A DNA stretch of 64,000 nucleotides from Auanema rhodensis (GCA_964057225.1 OZ059900.1:17918001-17982000); one strand, 5' to 3'; shown: positions 25,160 to 40,700, counted from the stretch's first letter. Program-made: numbers and translations. The notes: generated by a model from the letters alone, not told the origin.

Positions 25160-28100
25160 GTCGTGAAAGTGGAATTAGACGTTGTAGGAACAATTTTGAG
25201 CTAGGTTTCATTGACATTGCATGAGTTTGAGCACATGAAATCGTAAGTCAAAACCTTGTTTACAGCGAAATTTCCAAAAACTGGTTTTCCAGCATAATAA
25301 AATATTTCTCATGGGAAATACTGTGTTTTTGTATTTTTCTAGTGTTCAGCATGTAAAATACTTCATTTTAGTATGTAACACTCTGAAATTCGTTGCATTT
25401 GACGACTCATATGAACAAAAATCGATTTAATCAATATTAGCCATAAGGGGCGTGCCCTCAGAATGTGCTAATTTCCTTAATTTTCTAACCCCTGTTTTTT
25501 TGTCGTGAAAGTGGAATTAGACGTTGTAGGAACAATTTTGAGCTAGGTTTCATTGACATTGCATGAGTTTGAACACATGAAATCGTAAGTCAAAACCTTG
25601 TTTACAGCGAACTTTCCAAAAACTGGTTTTCCAGCATAATAAAATATTTCTCATGGGAAATACTGTGTTTTTGTATTTTTATAGTGTTCAGCATGTAAAA
25701 TGCTTCATTTTAGTATGTAACACCCTGAAATTCGTTTCATTTGACGACTCATATGAACAAAAATCGATTTAATCAATATTAGCCATAAGGGGCGTGCCCT
25801 CAGAATATGCTAATTTCCTTAATTTTCTAACCCCTGTTTTTTTGTCGTGAAAGTGGAACTAGACGTTGTAGGAACAATTTTGAGCAAGGTTTCATTGACA
25901 TTGCATGAGTTTGAACACATGAAATCGTAAGTCAAAACCTTGTTTACAGCGAAATTTCCAAAAACTGGTTTTCCAGCATAATAAAATATTTCTCATGGGA
26001 AATACTGTGTTTTTGTATTTTTCTAGTGTTCAGCATGTGAAATACTTCATTTTAGTATGTAACACGCTGAAATTCGTTGCATTTGACGACTCATATGAAC
26101 AAAAATCGATTTAATCAATATTAGCCATAAGGGGCGTGCCCTCAGAATATGCTAATTTCCTTAATTTTCTAACCCCTGTTTTTTTGTCGTGAAAGTGGAA
26201 TTAGACGTTGTAGGAACAATTTTGAGCTAGGTTTCATTGACATTGCATGAGTTTGAACACATGAAATCGTAAGTCAAAACCTTGTTTACAGCGAAATTTC
26301 CAAAAACTGGTTTTCCAGCATAATAAAATATTTCTCATGGGAAATACTGTGTTTTTGTATTTTTCTAGTGTTCAGCATGTAAAATACTCCATTATAGTAT
26401 GTAACACGCTGAAATTCGTTGCATTTGACGACTCATATGAACAAAAATCGATTTAATCAATATTAGCCATAAGGGGCGTGCCCTCAGAATATGCTAATTT
26501 CCTTAATTTTCTAACCCCTGTTTTTTTGTCGTGAAAGTGGAATTAGACGTTGTAGGAACAATTTTGAGCTAGGTTTCATTGACATTGCATGAGTTTGAAC
26601 ACATGAAATCGTAAGTCAAAACCTTGTTTACAGCGAAATTTCCAAAAACTGGTTTTCCAGCATAATAAAATATTTCTCATGGGAAATACTGTGTTTTTGT
26701 ATTTTTATAGTGTTCAGCATGTAAAATGCTTCATTTTAGTATGTAACACGCTGAAATTCGTTGCATTTGACGACTCATATGAACAAAAATCGATTTAATC
26801 AATATAAGCCATAAGGGGCGTGCCCTCAGAATATGCTAATTTCCTTAATTTTCTAACCCCTGTTTTTTGTCGTGAAAGTGGAACTAGACGTTGTAGGAAC
26901 AATTTTGAGCTAGGTTTCATTGACATTGCATGAGTTTGAACACATGAAATCGTAAGTCAAAACCTTGTTTACAGCGAAATTTCCAAAAACTGGTTTTCCA
27001 GCATAATAAAATATTTCTCATAGGAAATACTGTGTTTTTGTATTTTTCTAGTGTTCAGCATGTAAAATACTTCATTTTAGTATGTAACACGCTGAAATTC
27101 GTTGCATTTGACGACTCATATGAACAAAAATCGATTTAATCAATATTAGCCATAAGGGGCGTGCCCTCAGAATATGCTAATTTCCTTAATTTTCTAACCC
27201 CTGTTTTTTTGTCGTGAAAGTGGAATTAGACGTTGTAGGAACAATTTTGAGCTAGGTTTCATTGACATTGCATGAGTTTGAACACATGAAATCGTAAGTC
27301 AAAACCTTGTTTACAGCGAAATTTCCAAAAACTGGTTTTCCAGCATAATAAAATATTTCTCATGGGAAATACTGTGTTTTTGTATTTTTCTAGTGTTCAG
27401 CATGTAAAATGCTTCATTTTAGTATGTAACACGCTGAAATTCGTTGCATTTGACGACTCATATGAACAAAAATCGATTTAATCAATATTAGCCATAAGGG
27501 GCGTGCCCTCAGAATATGCTAATTTCCTAAATTTTCTAACCCCTGTTTTTTTGTCGTGAAAGTGGAACTAGACGTTGTAGGAACAATTTTGAGCTAGGTT
27601 TCATTGACATTGCATGAGTTTGAACACATGAAATCGTAAGTCAAAACCTTGTTTACAGCGAAATTTCCAAAAACTGGTTTTCCAGCATAATAAAATATTT
27701 CTCATGGGAAAAACTGTGTTTTTGTATTTTTCTAGTGTTCAGCTTGTAAAATGCTTCATTTTAGTATGTAACACGCTGAAATTTGTTGCATTTGACGACT
27801 CATATGAACAAAAATCGATTTAATCAATATTAGCCATAAGGGGCGTGCCCTCAGAATATGCTAATTTCCTTAATTTTCTAACCCCTGTTTTTTTGTCGTG
27901 AAAGTGGAACTAGACGTTGTACGAACAATTTTGAGCTAGGTTTCATTGACATTGCATGAGTTTGAACACATGAAATCGTAAGTCAAAACCTTGTTTACAG
28001 CGAAATTTCCAAAAACTGGTTTTCCAGCATAATAAAATATTTCTCATGGGAAATACTGTGTTTTTGTATTTTTCTAGTGTTCAGCATGTAAAATGCTTCA

Positions 28101-31100
28101 TTTTAGTATGTAACACGCTAAAATTCGTTGCATTTGACGACTCATATGAACAAAAATCGATTTAATCAATATTAGCCATAAGGGGCGTGCCCTCAGAATA
28201 TGCTAATTTCCTTAATTTTCTAACCCCTGTTTTTTTGTCGTGAAAGTGGAATTAGACGTTGTAGGAACAATTTTGAGCTAGGTTTCATTGACATTGCATG
28301 AGTTTGAGCACATGAAATCGTAAGTCAAAACCTTGTTTACAGCGAAATTTCCAAAAACTGGTTTTCCAGCATAATAAAATATTTCTCATGGGAAATACTG
28401 TGTTTTTGTATTTTTCTAGTGTTCAGCATGTAAAATACTTCATTTTAGTATGTAACACGCTGAAATTCGTTGCATTTGACGACTCATATGAACAAAAATC
28501 GATTTAATCAATATTAGCCATAAGGGGCGTGCCCTCAGAATATGCTAATTTCCTTAATTTTCTAACCCCTGTTTTTTTGTCGTGAAAGTGGAACTAGACG
28601 TTGTACGAACAATTTTGAGCTAGGTTTCATTGACATTGCATGAGTTTGAACACATGAAATCGTAAGTCAAAACCTTGTTTACAGCGAAATTTCCAAAAAC
28701 TGGTTTTCCAGCATAATAAAATATTTCTCATGGGAAATACTGTGTTTTTGTATTTTTCTAGTGTTCAGCATGTAAAATGCTTCATTTTAGTATGTAACAC
28801 GCTAAAATTCGTTGCATTTGACGACTCATATGAACAAAAATCGATTTAATCAATATTAGCCATAAGGGGCGTGCCCTCAGAATATGCTAATTTCCTTAAT
28901 TTTCTAACCCCTGTTTTTTTGTCGTGAAAGTGGAATTAGACGTTGTAGGAACAATTTTGAGCTAGGTTTCATTGACATTGCATGAGTTTGAGCACATGAA
29001 ATCGTAAGTCAAAACCTTGTTTACAGCGAAATTTCCAAAAACTGGTTTTCCAGCATAATAAAATATTTCTCATGGGAAATACTGTGTTTTTGTATTTTTC
29101 TAGTGTTCAGCATGTAAAATACTTCATTTTAGTATGTAACACGCTGAAATTCGTTGCATTTGACGACTCATATGAACAAAAATCGATTTAATCAATATTA
29201 GCCATAAGGGGCGTGCCCTCAGAATATGCTAATTTCCTTAATTTTCTAACCCCTGTTTTTTTGTCGTGAAAGTGGAATTAGACGTTGTACGAACAATTTT
29301 GAGCTAGGTTTCATTGACATTGCATGAGTTTGAACACATGAAATCGTAAGTCAAAACCTTGTTTACAGCGAACTTTCCAAAAACTGGTTTTCCAGCATAA
29401 TAAAATATTTCTCATGGGAAATACTGTGTTTTTGTATTTTTATAGTGTTCAGCATGTAAAATGCTTCATTTTAGTATGTAACACCCTGAAATTCGTTTCA
29501 TTTGACGACTCATATGAACAAAAATCGATTTAATCAATATTAGCCATAAGGGGCGTGCCCTCAGAATATGCTAATTTCCTTAATTTTCTAACCCCTGTTT
29601 TTTTGTCGTGAAAGTGGAATTAGACGTTGTAGGAACAATTTTGAGCTAGGTTTCATTGACATTGCATGAGTTTGAGCACATGAAATCGTAAGTCAAAACC
29701 TTGTTTACAGCGAAATTTCCAAAAACTGGTTTTCCAGCATAATAAAATATTTCTCATGGGAAATACTGTGTTTTTGTATTTTTCTAGTGTTCAGCATGTA
29801 AAATACTTCATTTTAGTATGTAACACTCTGAAATTCGTTGCATTTGACGACTCATATGAACAAAAATCGATTTAATCAATATTAGCCATAAGGGGCGTGC
29901 CCTCAGAATGTGCTAATTTCCTTAATTTTCTAACCCCTGTTTTTTTGTCGTGAAAGTGGAATTAGACGTTGTAGGAACAATTTTGAGCTAGGTTTCATTG
30001 ACATTGCATGAGTTTGAACACATGAAATCGTAAGTCAAAACCTTGTTTACAGCGAACTTTCCAAAAACTGGTTTTCCAGCATAATAAAATATTTCTCATG
30101 GGAAATACTGTGTTTTTGTATTTTTATAGTGTTCAGCATGTAAAATGCTTCATTTTAGTATGTAACACCCTGAAATTCGTTTCATTTGACGACTCATATG
30201 AACAAAAATCGATTTAATCAATATTAGCCATAAGGGGCGTGCCCTCAGAATATGCTAATTTCCTTAATTTTCTAACCCCTGTTTTTTTGTCGTGAAAGTG
30301 GAACTAGACGTTGTAGGAACAATTTTGAGCAAGGTTTCATTGACATTGCATGAGTTTGAACACATGAAATCGTAAGTCAAAACCTTGTTTACAGCGAAAT
30401 TTCCAAAAACTGGTTTTCCAGCATAATAAAATATTTCTCATGGGAAATACTGTGTTTTTGTATTTTTCTAGTGTTCAGCATGTGAAATACTTCATTTTAG
30501 TATGTAACACGCTGAAATTCGTTGCATTTGACGACTCATATGAACAAAAATCGATTTAATCAATATTAGCCATAAGGGGCGTGCCCTCAGAATATGCTAA
30601 TTTCCTTAATTTTCTAACCCCTGTTTTTTTGTCGTGAAAGTGGAATTAGACGTTGTAGGAACAATTTTGAGCTAGGTTTCATTGACATTGCATGAGTTTG
30701 AACACATGAAATCGTAAGTCAAAACCTTGTTTACAGCGAAATTTCCAAAAACTGGTTTTCCAGCATAATAAAATATTTCTCATGGGAAATACTGTGTTTT
30801 TGTATTTTTCTAGTGTTCAGCATGTAAAATACTCCATTATAGTATGTAACACGCTGAAATTCGTTGCATTTGACGACTCATATGAACAAAAATCGATTTA
30901 ATCAATATTAGCCATAAGGGGCGTGCCCTCAGAATATGCTAATTTCCTTAATTTTCTAACCCCTGTTTTTTTGTCGTGAAAGTGGAATTAGACGTTGTAG
31001 GAACAATTTTGAGCTAGGTTTCATTGACATTGCATGAGTTTGAACACATGAAATCGTAAGTCAAAACCTTGTTTACAGCGAAATTTCCAAAAACTGGTTT

Positions 31101-34049
31101 TCCAGCATAATAAAATATTTCTCATGGGAAATACTGTGTTTTTGTATTTTTATAGTGTTCAGCATGTAAAATGCTTCATTTTAGTATGTAACACGCTGAA
31201 ATTCGTTGCATTTGACGACTCATATGAACAAAAATCGATTTAATCAATATAAGCCATAAGGGGCGTGCCCTCAGAATATGCTAATTTCCTTAATTTTCTA
31301 ACCCCTGTTTTTTGTCGTGAAAGTGGAACTAGACGTTGTAGGAACAATTTTGAGCTAGGTTTCATTGACATTGCATGAGTTTGAACACATGAAATCGTAA
31401 GTCAAAACCTTGTTTACAGCGAAATTTCCAAAAACTGGTTTTCCAGCATAATAAAATATTTCTCATAGGAAATACTGTGTTTTTGTATTTTTCTAGTGTT
31501 CAGCATGTAAAATACTTCATTTTAGTATGTAACACGCTGAAATTCGTTGCATTTGACGACTCATATGAACAAAAATCGATTTAATCAATATTAGCCATAA
31601 GGGGCGTGCCCTCAGAATATGCTAATTTCCTTAATTTTCTAACCCCTGTTTTTTTGTCGTGAAAGTGGAATTAGACGTTGTAGGAACAATTTTGAGCTAG
31701 GTTTCATTGACATTGCATGAGTTTGAACACATGAAATCGTAAGTCAAAACCTTGTTTACAGCGAAATTTCCAAAAACTGGTTTTCCAGCATAATAAAATA
31801 TTTCTCATGGGAAATACTGTGTTTTTGTATTTTTCTAGTGTTCAGCATGTAAAATGCTTCATTTTAGTATGTAACACGCTGAAATTCGTTGCATTTGACG
31901 ACTCATATGAACAAAAATCGATTTAATCAATATTAGCCATAAGGGGCGTGCCCTCAGAATATGCTAATTTCCTAAATTTTCTAACCCCTGTTTTTTTGTC
32001 GTGAAAGTGGAACTAGACGTTGTAGGAACAATTTTGAGCTAGGTTTCATTGACATTGCATGAGTTTGAACACATGAAATCGTAAGTCAAAACCTTGTTTA
32101 CAGCGAAATTTCCAAAAACTGGTTTTCCAGCATAATAAAATATTTCTCATGGGAAAAACTGTGTTTTTGTATTTTTCTAGTGTTCAGCTTGTAAAATGCT
32201 TCATTTAAGTATGTAACACGCTGAAATTTGTTGCATTTGACGACTCATATGAACAAAAATCGATTTAATCAATATTAGCCATAAGGGGCGTGCCCTCAGA
32301 ATATGCTAATTTCCTTAATTTTCTAACCCCTGTTTTTTTGTCGTGAAAGTGGAACTAGACGTTGTACGAACAATTTTGAGCTAGGTTTCATTGACATTGC
32401 ATGAGTTTGAACACATGAAATCGTAAGTCAAAACCTTGTTTACAGCGAAATTTCCAAAAACTGGTTTTCCAGCATAATAAAATATTTCTCATGGGAAATA
32501 CTGTGTTTTTGTATTTTTCTAGTGTTCAGCATGTAAAATGCTTCATTTTAGTATGTAACACGCTAAAATTCGTTGCATTTGACGACTCATATGAACAAAA
32601 ATCGATTTAATCAATATTAGCCATAAGGGGCGTGCCCTCAGAATATGCTAATTTCCTTAATTTTCTAACCCCTGTTTTTTTGTCGTGAAAGTGGAATTAG
32701 ACGTTGTAGGAACAATTTTGAGCTAGGTTTCATTGACATTGCATGAGTTTGAGCACATGAAATCGTAAGTCAAAACCTTGTTTACAGCGAAATTTCCAAA
32801 AACTGGTTTTCCAGCATAATAAAATATTTCTCATGGGAAATACTGTGTTTTTGTATTTTTCTAGTGTTCAGCATGTAAAATACTTCATTTTAGTATGTAA
32901 CACGCTGAAATTCGTTGCATTTGACGACTCATATGAACAAAAATCGATTTAATCAATATTAGCCATAAGGGGCGTGCCCTCAGAATATGCTAATTTCCTT
33001 AATTTTCTAACCCCTGTTTTTTTGTCGTGAAAGTGGAACTAGACGTTGTACGAACAATTTTGAGCTAGGTTTCATTGACATTGCATGAGTTTGAACACAT
33101 GAAATCGTAAGTCAAAACCTTGTTTACAGCGAAATTTCCAAAAACTGGTTTTCCAGCATAATAAAATATTTCTCATGGGAAATACTGTGTTTTTGTATTT
33201 TTCTAGTGTTCAGCATGTAAAATGCTTCATTTTAGTATGTAACACGCTAAAATTCGTTGCATTTGACGACTCATATGAACAAAAATCGATTTAATCAATA
33301 TTAGCCATAAGGGGCGTGCCCTCAGAATATGCTAATTTCCTTAATTTTCTAACCCCTGTTTTTTTGTCGTGAAAGTGGAATTAGACGTTGTAGGAACAAT
33401 TTTGAGCTAGGTTTCATTGACATTGCATGAGTTTGAGCACATGAAATCGTAAGTCAAAACCTTGTTTACAGCGAAATTTCCAAAAACTGGTTTTCCAGCA
33501 TAATAAAATATTTCTCATGGGAAATACTGTGTTTTTGTATTTTTCTAGTGTTCAGCATGTAAAATACTTCATTTTAGTATGTAACACGCTGAAATTCGTT
33601 GCATTTGACGACTCATATGAACAAAAATCGATTTAATCAATATTAGCCATAAGGGGCGTGCCCTCAGAATATGCTAATTTCCTTAATTTTCTAACCCCTG
33701 TTTTTTTGTCGTGAAAGTGGAATTAGACGTTGTACGAACAATTTTGAGCTAGGTTTCATTGACATTGCATGAGTTTGAACACATGAAATCGTAAGTCAAA
33801 ACCTTGTTTACAGCGAACTTTCCAAAAACTGGTTTTCCAGCATAATAAAATATTTCTCATGGGAAATACTGTGTTTTTGTATTTTTATAGTGTTCAGCAT
33901 GTAAAATGCTTCATTTTAGTATGTAACACCCTGAAATTCGTTTCATTTGACGACTCATATGAACAAAAATCGATTTAATCAATATTAGCCATAAGGGGCG
34001 TGCCCTCAGAATATGCTAATTTCCTTAATTTTCTAACCCCTGTTTTTTT
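25160..34049 (+). repeat. Tandem two-copy 13-mer higher-order repeat, period 4445 bp
   Basis: The monomer haplotype order in 25160-29604 is repeated in 29605-34049; for example the CATAGG variant is at 27022 and 31467. Confidence 0.88.
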
Positions 34050-34733
34050 GTCGTGAAAGTGGAACTAGACGTTGTAGGAACAATTTTGAGCAAGGTTTCA
34101 TTGACATTGCATGAGTTTGAACACATGAAATCGTAAGTCAAAACCTTGTTTACAGCGAAATTTCCAAAAACTGGTTTTCCAGCATAATAAAATATTTCTC
34201 ATGGGAAATACTGTGTTTTTGTATTTTTCTAGTGTTCAGCATGTAAAATACTTCATTTTAGTATGTAACACGCTGAAATTCGTTGCTTTTGACGACTCAT
34301 ATGAACAAAAATCGATTTAATCAATATTAGCCATAAGGGGCGTGCCCTCAGAATATGCTAATTTCCTAAATTTTCTAACCCCTGTTTTTTTGTCGTGAAA
34401 GTGGAACTAGACGTTGTACGAACAATTTTGAGCTAGGTTTCATTGACATTGCATGAGTTTGAACACATGAAATCGTAAGTCAAAACCTTGTTTACAGCGA
34501 AATTTCCAAAAACTGGTTTTCCAGCATAATAAAATATTTCTCATGGGAAAAACTGTGTTTTTGTATTTTTCTAGTGTTCAGCTTGTAAAATGCTTCATTT
34601 TAGTATGTAACACGCTGAAATTTGTTGCATTTGACGACTCATATGAACAAAAATCGATTTAATCAATATTAGCCATAAGGGGCGTGCCCTCAGAATATGC
34701 TAATTTCCTTAATTTTCTAACCCCTGTTTTTTT

Positions 34734-37700
34734 GTCGTGAAAGTGGAACTAGACGTTGTACGAACAATTTTGAGCTAGGTTTCATTGACATTGCATGAGT
34801 TTGAACACATGAAATCGTAAGTCAAAACCTTGTTTACAGCGAAATTTCCAAAAACTGGTTTTCCAGCATAATAAAATATTTCTCATGGGAAATACTGTGT
34901 TTTTGTATTTTTCTAGTGTTCAGCATGTAAAATGCTTCATTTTAGTATGTAACACGCTGAAATTCGTTGCATTTGACGACTCATATGAACAAAAATCGAT
35001 TTAATCAATATTAGCCATAAGAGGCGTGCCCTCAGAATATGCTAATTTCCTTAATTTTCTAACCCCTGTTTTTTTGTCGTGAAAGTGGAACTAGACGTTG
35101 TAGGAACAATTTTGAGCTAGGTTTCATTGACATTGCATGAGTTTGAACACATGAAATCGTAAGTCAAAAACTTGTTTACAGCGAAATTTCCAAAAACTGG
35201 TTTTCCAGCATAATAAAATATTTCTCATGGGAAATACTGTGTTTTTGTATTTTTCTAGTGTTCAGCATGTAAAATGCTTCATTTTAGTATGTAACACGCT
35301 GAAATTCGTTGCATTTGACGACTCATATGAACAAAAATCGATTTAATCAATATTAGCCATAAGCTGCGTGCCCTCAGAATATGCTAATTTCCTTAATTTT
35401 CTAACCCCTGTTTTTTTGTCGTGAAAGTGGAACTAGACGTTGTAGGAACAATTTTGAGCTAGGTTTCATTGACATTGCATGAGTTTGAACACATGAAATC
35501 GTAAGTCAAAAACTTGTTTACAGCGAAATTTCCAAAAACTGGTTTTCCAGCATAATAAAATATTTCTCATGGGAAATACTGTGTTTTTGTATTTTTCTAG
35601 TGTTCAGCATGTGAAATGCTTCATTTTAGTATGTAACACGCTGAAATTCGTTGCATTTGACGACTCATATGAACAAAAATCGATTTAATCAATATTAGCC
35701 ATAAGCTGCGTGCCCTCAGAATATGCTAATTTCCTTAATTTTCTAACCCCTGTTTTTTTGTCGTGAAAGTGGAACTAGACGTTGTAGGAACAATTTTGAG
35801 CTAGGTTTCATTGACATTGCATGAGTTTGAACACATGAAATCGTAAGTCAAAACCTTGTTTACAGCGAAATTTCCAAAAACTGGTTTTCCAGCATAATAA
35901 AATATTTCTCATGGGAAATACTGTGTTTTTGTATTTTTCTAGTGTTCAGCATGTAAAATGCTTCATTTTAGTATGTAACACGCTGAAATTCGTTGCATTT
36001 GACGACTCATATGAACAAAAATCGATTTAATCAATATTAGCCATAAGGGGCGTGCCCTCAGAATATGCTAATTTCCTTAATTTTCTAACCCCTGTTTTTT
36101 TTGTCGTGAAAGTGGAACTAGACGTTGTAGGAACAATTTTGAGCTAGGTTTCATTGACATTGCATGAGTTTGAACACATGAAATCGTAAGTCAAAACCTT
36201 GTTTACAGCGAAATTTCCAAAAACTGGTTTTCCAGCATAATAAAATATTTCTCATGGGAAATACTGTGTTTTTGTATTTTTATAGTGTTCAGCATGTAAA
36301 ATGCTTCATTTTAGTATGTAACACGCTGAAATTAATTGCATTTGACGACTCATATGAACAAAAATCGATTTAATCAATATTAGCCATAAGGGGCGTGCCC
36401 TCAGATTATGCTAATTTCCTTAATTTTCTAACCCCTGTTTTGTTGTCGTGAAAGTGGAACTAGACGTTGTAGGAACAATTTTGAGCTAGGTTTCATTGAC
36501 ATTGCATGAGTTTGAACACATGAAATCGTAAGTCAAAACCTTGTTTACAGCGAAATTTCCAAAAACTGGTTTTCCAGCATAATAAAATATTTCTCATGGG
36601 AAATACTGTGTTTTTGTATTTTTATAGTGTTCAGCATGTAAAATGTTTCATTTTAGTATGTAACACGCTGAAATTCGTTGCATTTGACGACTCATATGAA
36701 CAAAAATCGATTTAATCAATATAAGCCATAAAGGGCGTGCCCTCAGAATCTGCTAATTTCCTTAATTTTCTAACCCCTGTTTTTTTGTCGTGAAAGTGGA
36801 ACTAGACGTTGTAGGAACAATTTTGAGCTAGATTTCATTGACATTGCATGAGTTTGAACACATGAAATCGTAAGTCAAAACCTTGTTTACAGCGAAATTT
36901 CCAAAAACTCGTTTTCCAGCATAATAAAATATTTCTCATGGGAAATACTGTGTTTTTGTATTTTTTTAGTGTTCAGCATGTAAAATGCTTCATTTTAGTA
37001 TGTGACACGCTGAAATTAATTGCATTTGACGACTCATATGAACAAAAATCGATTTAATCAATATTAGCCATAAGGGGCGTGCCCTCAGATTATGCTAATT
37101 TCCTCAATTTTCTAACCCCTGTTTTTTTGTCGTGAAAGTGGAACTAGACGTTGTACGAACAATTTTGAGCTAGGTTTCATTGACATTGCATGAGTTTGAA
37201 CACATGAAATCGTAAGTCAAAACCTTGTTTACAGCGAAATTTCCAAAAACTGGTTTTCCAGCATAATAAAATATTTCTCATGGGAAATACTGTGTTTTTG
37301 TATTTTTCTAGTGTTCAGCATGTGAAATGCTTCATTTTAGTATGTAACACGCTGAAATTCGTTGCATTTGACGACTCATATGAACAAAAATCGATTTAAT
37401 CAATATTAGCCATAAGGGGCGTGCCCTCAGAATATGCTAATTTCCTTAATTTTCTAACCCCTGTTTTTTTGTCGTGAAAGTGGAACTAGACGTTGTAGGA
37501 ACAATTTTGAGCTAGGTTTCATTGACATTGCATGAGTTTGAACACATGAAATCGTAAGTCAAAACCTTGTTTACAGCGAAATTTCCAAAAACTGGTTTTC
37601 CAGCATAATAAAATATTTCTCATGGGAAATACTGTGTTTTTGTATTTTTCTAGTGTTCAGCATGTAAAATGCTTCATTTTAGTATGTGACACGCTGAAAT

Positions 37701-40700
37701 TAATTGCATTTGACGACTCATATGAACAAAAATCGATTTAATCAATATTAGCCATAAGAGGCGTGCCCTCAGAATATGCTAATTTCCTTAATTTTCTAAC
37801 CCCTGTTTTTTTGTCGTGAAAGTGGAACTAGACGTTGTAGGAACAATTTTGAGCTAGGTTTCATTGACATTGCATGAGTTTGAACACATGAAATCGTAAG
37901 TCAAAACCTTGTTTACAGCGAAATTTCCAAAAACTGGTTTTCCAGCATAATAAAATATTTCTCATGGGAAATACTGTGTTTTTGTATTTTTCTAGTGTTC
38001 AGCATGTAAAATGCTTCATTTTAGTATGTAACACGCTGAAATTCGTTGCATTTGACGACTCATATGAACAAAAATCGATTTAATCAATATTAGCCATAAG
38101 GGGCGTGCCCTCAGAATATGCTAATTTCCTTAATTTTCTAACCCCTGTTTTTTTTGTCGTGAAAGTGGAACTAGACGTTGTAGGAACAATTTTGAGCTAG
38201 GTTTCATTGACATTGCATGAGTTTGAACACATGAAATCGTAAGTCAAAACCTTGTTTACAGCGAAATTTCCAAAAACTGGTTTTCCAGCATAATAAAATA
38301 TTTCTCATGGGAAATACTGTGTTTTTGTATTTTTATAGTGTTCAGCATGTAAAATGCTTCATTTTAGTATGTAACACGCTGAAATTCGTTGCATTTGACG
38401 ACTCATATGAACAAAAATCGATTTAATCAATATTAGCCATAAGAGGCGTGCCCTCAGAATATGCTAATTTCCTTAATTTTCTAACCCCTGTTTTTTGTCG
38501 TGAAAGTGGAACTAGACGTTGTAGGAACAATTTTGAGCTAGGTTTCATTGACATTGCATGAGTTTGAACACATGAAATCGTAAGTCAAAACCTTGTTTAC
38601 AGCGAAATTTCCAAAAACTGGTTTTCCAGCATAATAAAATATTTCTCATGGGAAATACTGTGTTTTTGTATTTTTATAGTGTTCAGCATGTAAAATGCTT
38701 CATTTTAGTATGTAACACGCTGAAATTCGTTGCATTTGACGACTCATATGAACAAAAATCGATTTAATCAATATTAGCCATAAGAGGCGTGCCCTCAGAA
38801 TATGCTAATTTCCTTAATTTTCTAACCCCTGTTTTTTTGTCGTGAAAGTGGAACTAGACGTTGTAGGAACAATTTTGAGCTAGGTTTCATTGACATTGCA
38901 TGAGTTTGAACACATGAAATCGTAAGTCAAAAACTTGTTTACAGCGAAATTTCCAAAAACTGGTTTTCCAGCATAATAAAATATTTCTCATGGGAAATAC
39001 TGTGTTTTTGTATTTTTCTAGTGTTCAGCATGTGAAATGCTTCATTTTAGTATGTAACACGCTGAAATTCGTTGCATTTGACGACTCATATGAACAAAAA
39101 TCGATTTAATCAATATTAGCCATAAGGGGCGTGCCCTCAGAATATGCTAATTTCCTAAATTTTCTAACCCCTGTTTTTTTGTCGTGAAAGTGGAACTAGA
39201 CGTTGTACGAACAATTTTGAGCTAGGTTTCATTGACATTGCATGAGTTTGAACACATGAAATCGTAAGTCAAAACCTTGTTTACAGCGAAATTTCCAAAA
39301 CCTGGTTTTCCAGCATAATAAAATATTTCTCATGGGAAATACTGTGTTTTTGTATTTTTCTAGTGTTCAGCATGTAAAATGCTTCATTTTAGTATGTAAC
39401 ACGCTGAAATTCGTTGCATTTGACGACTCATATGAACAAAAATCGATTTAATCAATATTAGCCATAAGGGGCGTGCCCTCAGAATATGCTAATTTCCTTA
39501 ATTTTCTAACCCCTGTTTTTTTTGTCGTGAAAGTGGAACTAGACGTTGTAGGAACAATTTTGAGCTAGGTTTCATTGACATTGCATGAGTTTGAACACAT
39601 GAAATCGTAAGTCAAAACCTTGTTTACAGCGAAATTTCCAAAAACTGGTTTTCCAGCATAATAAAATATTTCTCATGGGAAATACTGTGTTTTTGTATTT
39701 TTATAGTGTTCAGCATGTAAAATGCTTCATTTTAGTATGTAACACGCTGAAATTCGTTGCATTTGACGACTCATATGAACAAAAATCGATTTAATCAATA
39801 TTAGCCATAAGAGGCGTGCCCTCAGAATATGCTAATTTCCTTAATTTTCTAACCCCTGTTTTTTGTCGTGAAAGTGGAACTAGACGTTGTAGGAACAATT
39901 TTGAGCTAGGTTTCATTGACATTGCATGAGTTTGAACACATGAAATCGTAAGTCAAAACCTTGTTTACAGCGAAATTTCCAAAAACTGGTTTTCCAGCAT
40001 AATAAAATATTTCTCATGGGAAATACTGTGTTTTTGTATTTTTATAGTGTTCAGCATGTAAAATGCTTCATTTTAGTATGTAACACGCTGAAATTCGTTG
40101 CATTTGACGACTCATATGAACAAAAATCGATTTAATCAATATTAGCCATAAGAGGCGTGCCCTCAGAATATGCTAATTTCCTTAATTTTCTAACCCCTGT
40201 TTTTTTGTCGTGAAAGTGGAACTAGACGTTGTAGGAACAATTTTGAGCTAGGTTTCATTGACATTGCATGAGTTTGAACACATGAAATCGTAAGTCAAAA
40301 ACTTGTTTACAGCGAAATTTCCAAAAACTGGTTTTCCAGCATAATAAAATATTTCTCATGGGAAATACTGTGTTTTTGTATTTTTCTAGTGTTCAGCATG
40401 TGAAATGCTTCATTTTAGTATGTAACACGCTGAAATTCGTTGCATTTGACGACTCATATGAACAAAAATCGATTTAATCAATATTAGCCATAAGGGGCGT
40501 GCCCTCAGAATATGCTAATTTCCTAAATTTTCTAACCCCTGTTTTTTTGTCGTGAAAGTGGAACTAGACGTTGTACGAACAATTTTGAGCTAGGTTTCAT
40601 TGACATTGCATGAGTTTGAACACATGAAATCGTAAGTCAAAACCTTGTTTACAGCGAAATTTCCAAAACCTGGTTTTCCAGCATAATAAAATATTTCTCA

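Larger units (their letters stand above)
1..34733 (+). repeat. Variant domain 1 of the array
   Basis: Restricted to this region: GAGCAAGG, the linked CGAACTT/ACACCCT/CGTTTC haplotype, AGAATGTG, GGGAAAAAC+GCTTG+TTTGTT, and the AAACAC/TTCAATGC/ATAGAGG 340-bp monomer. The last occurrences are in the monomers starting at 33708-34392. Confidence 0.85.
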
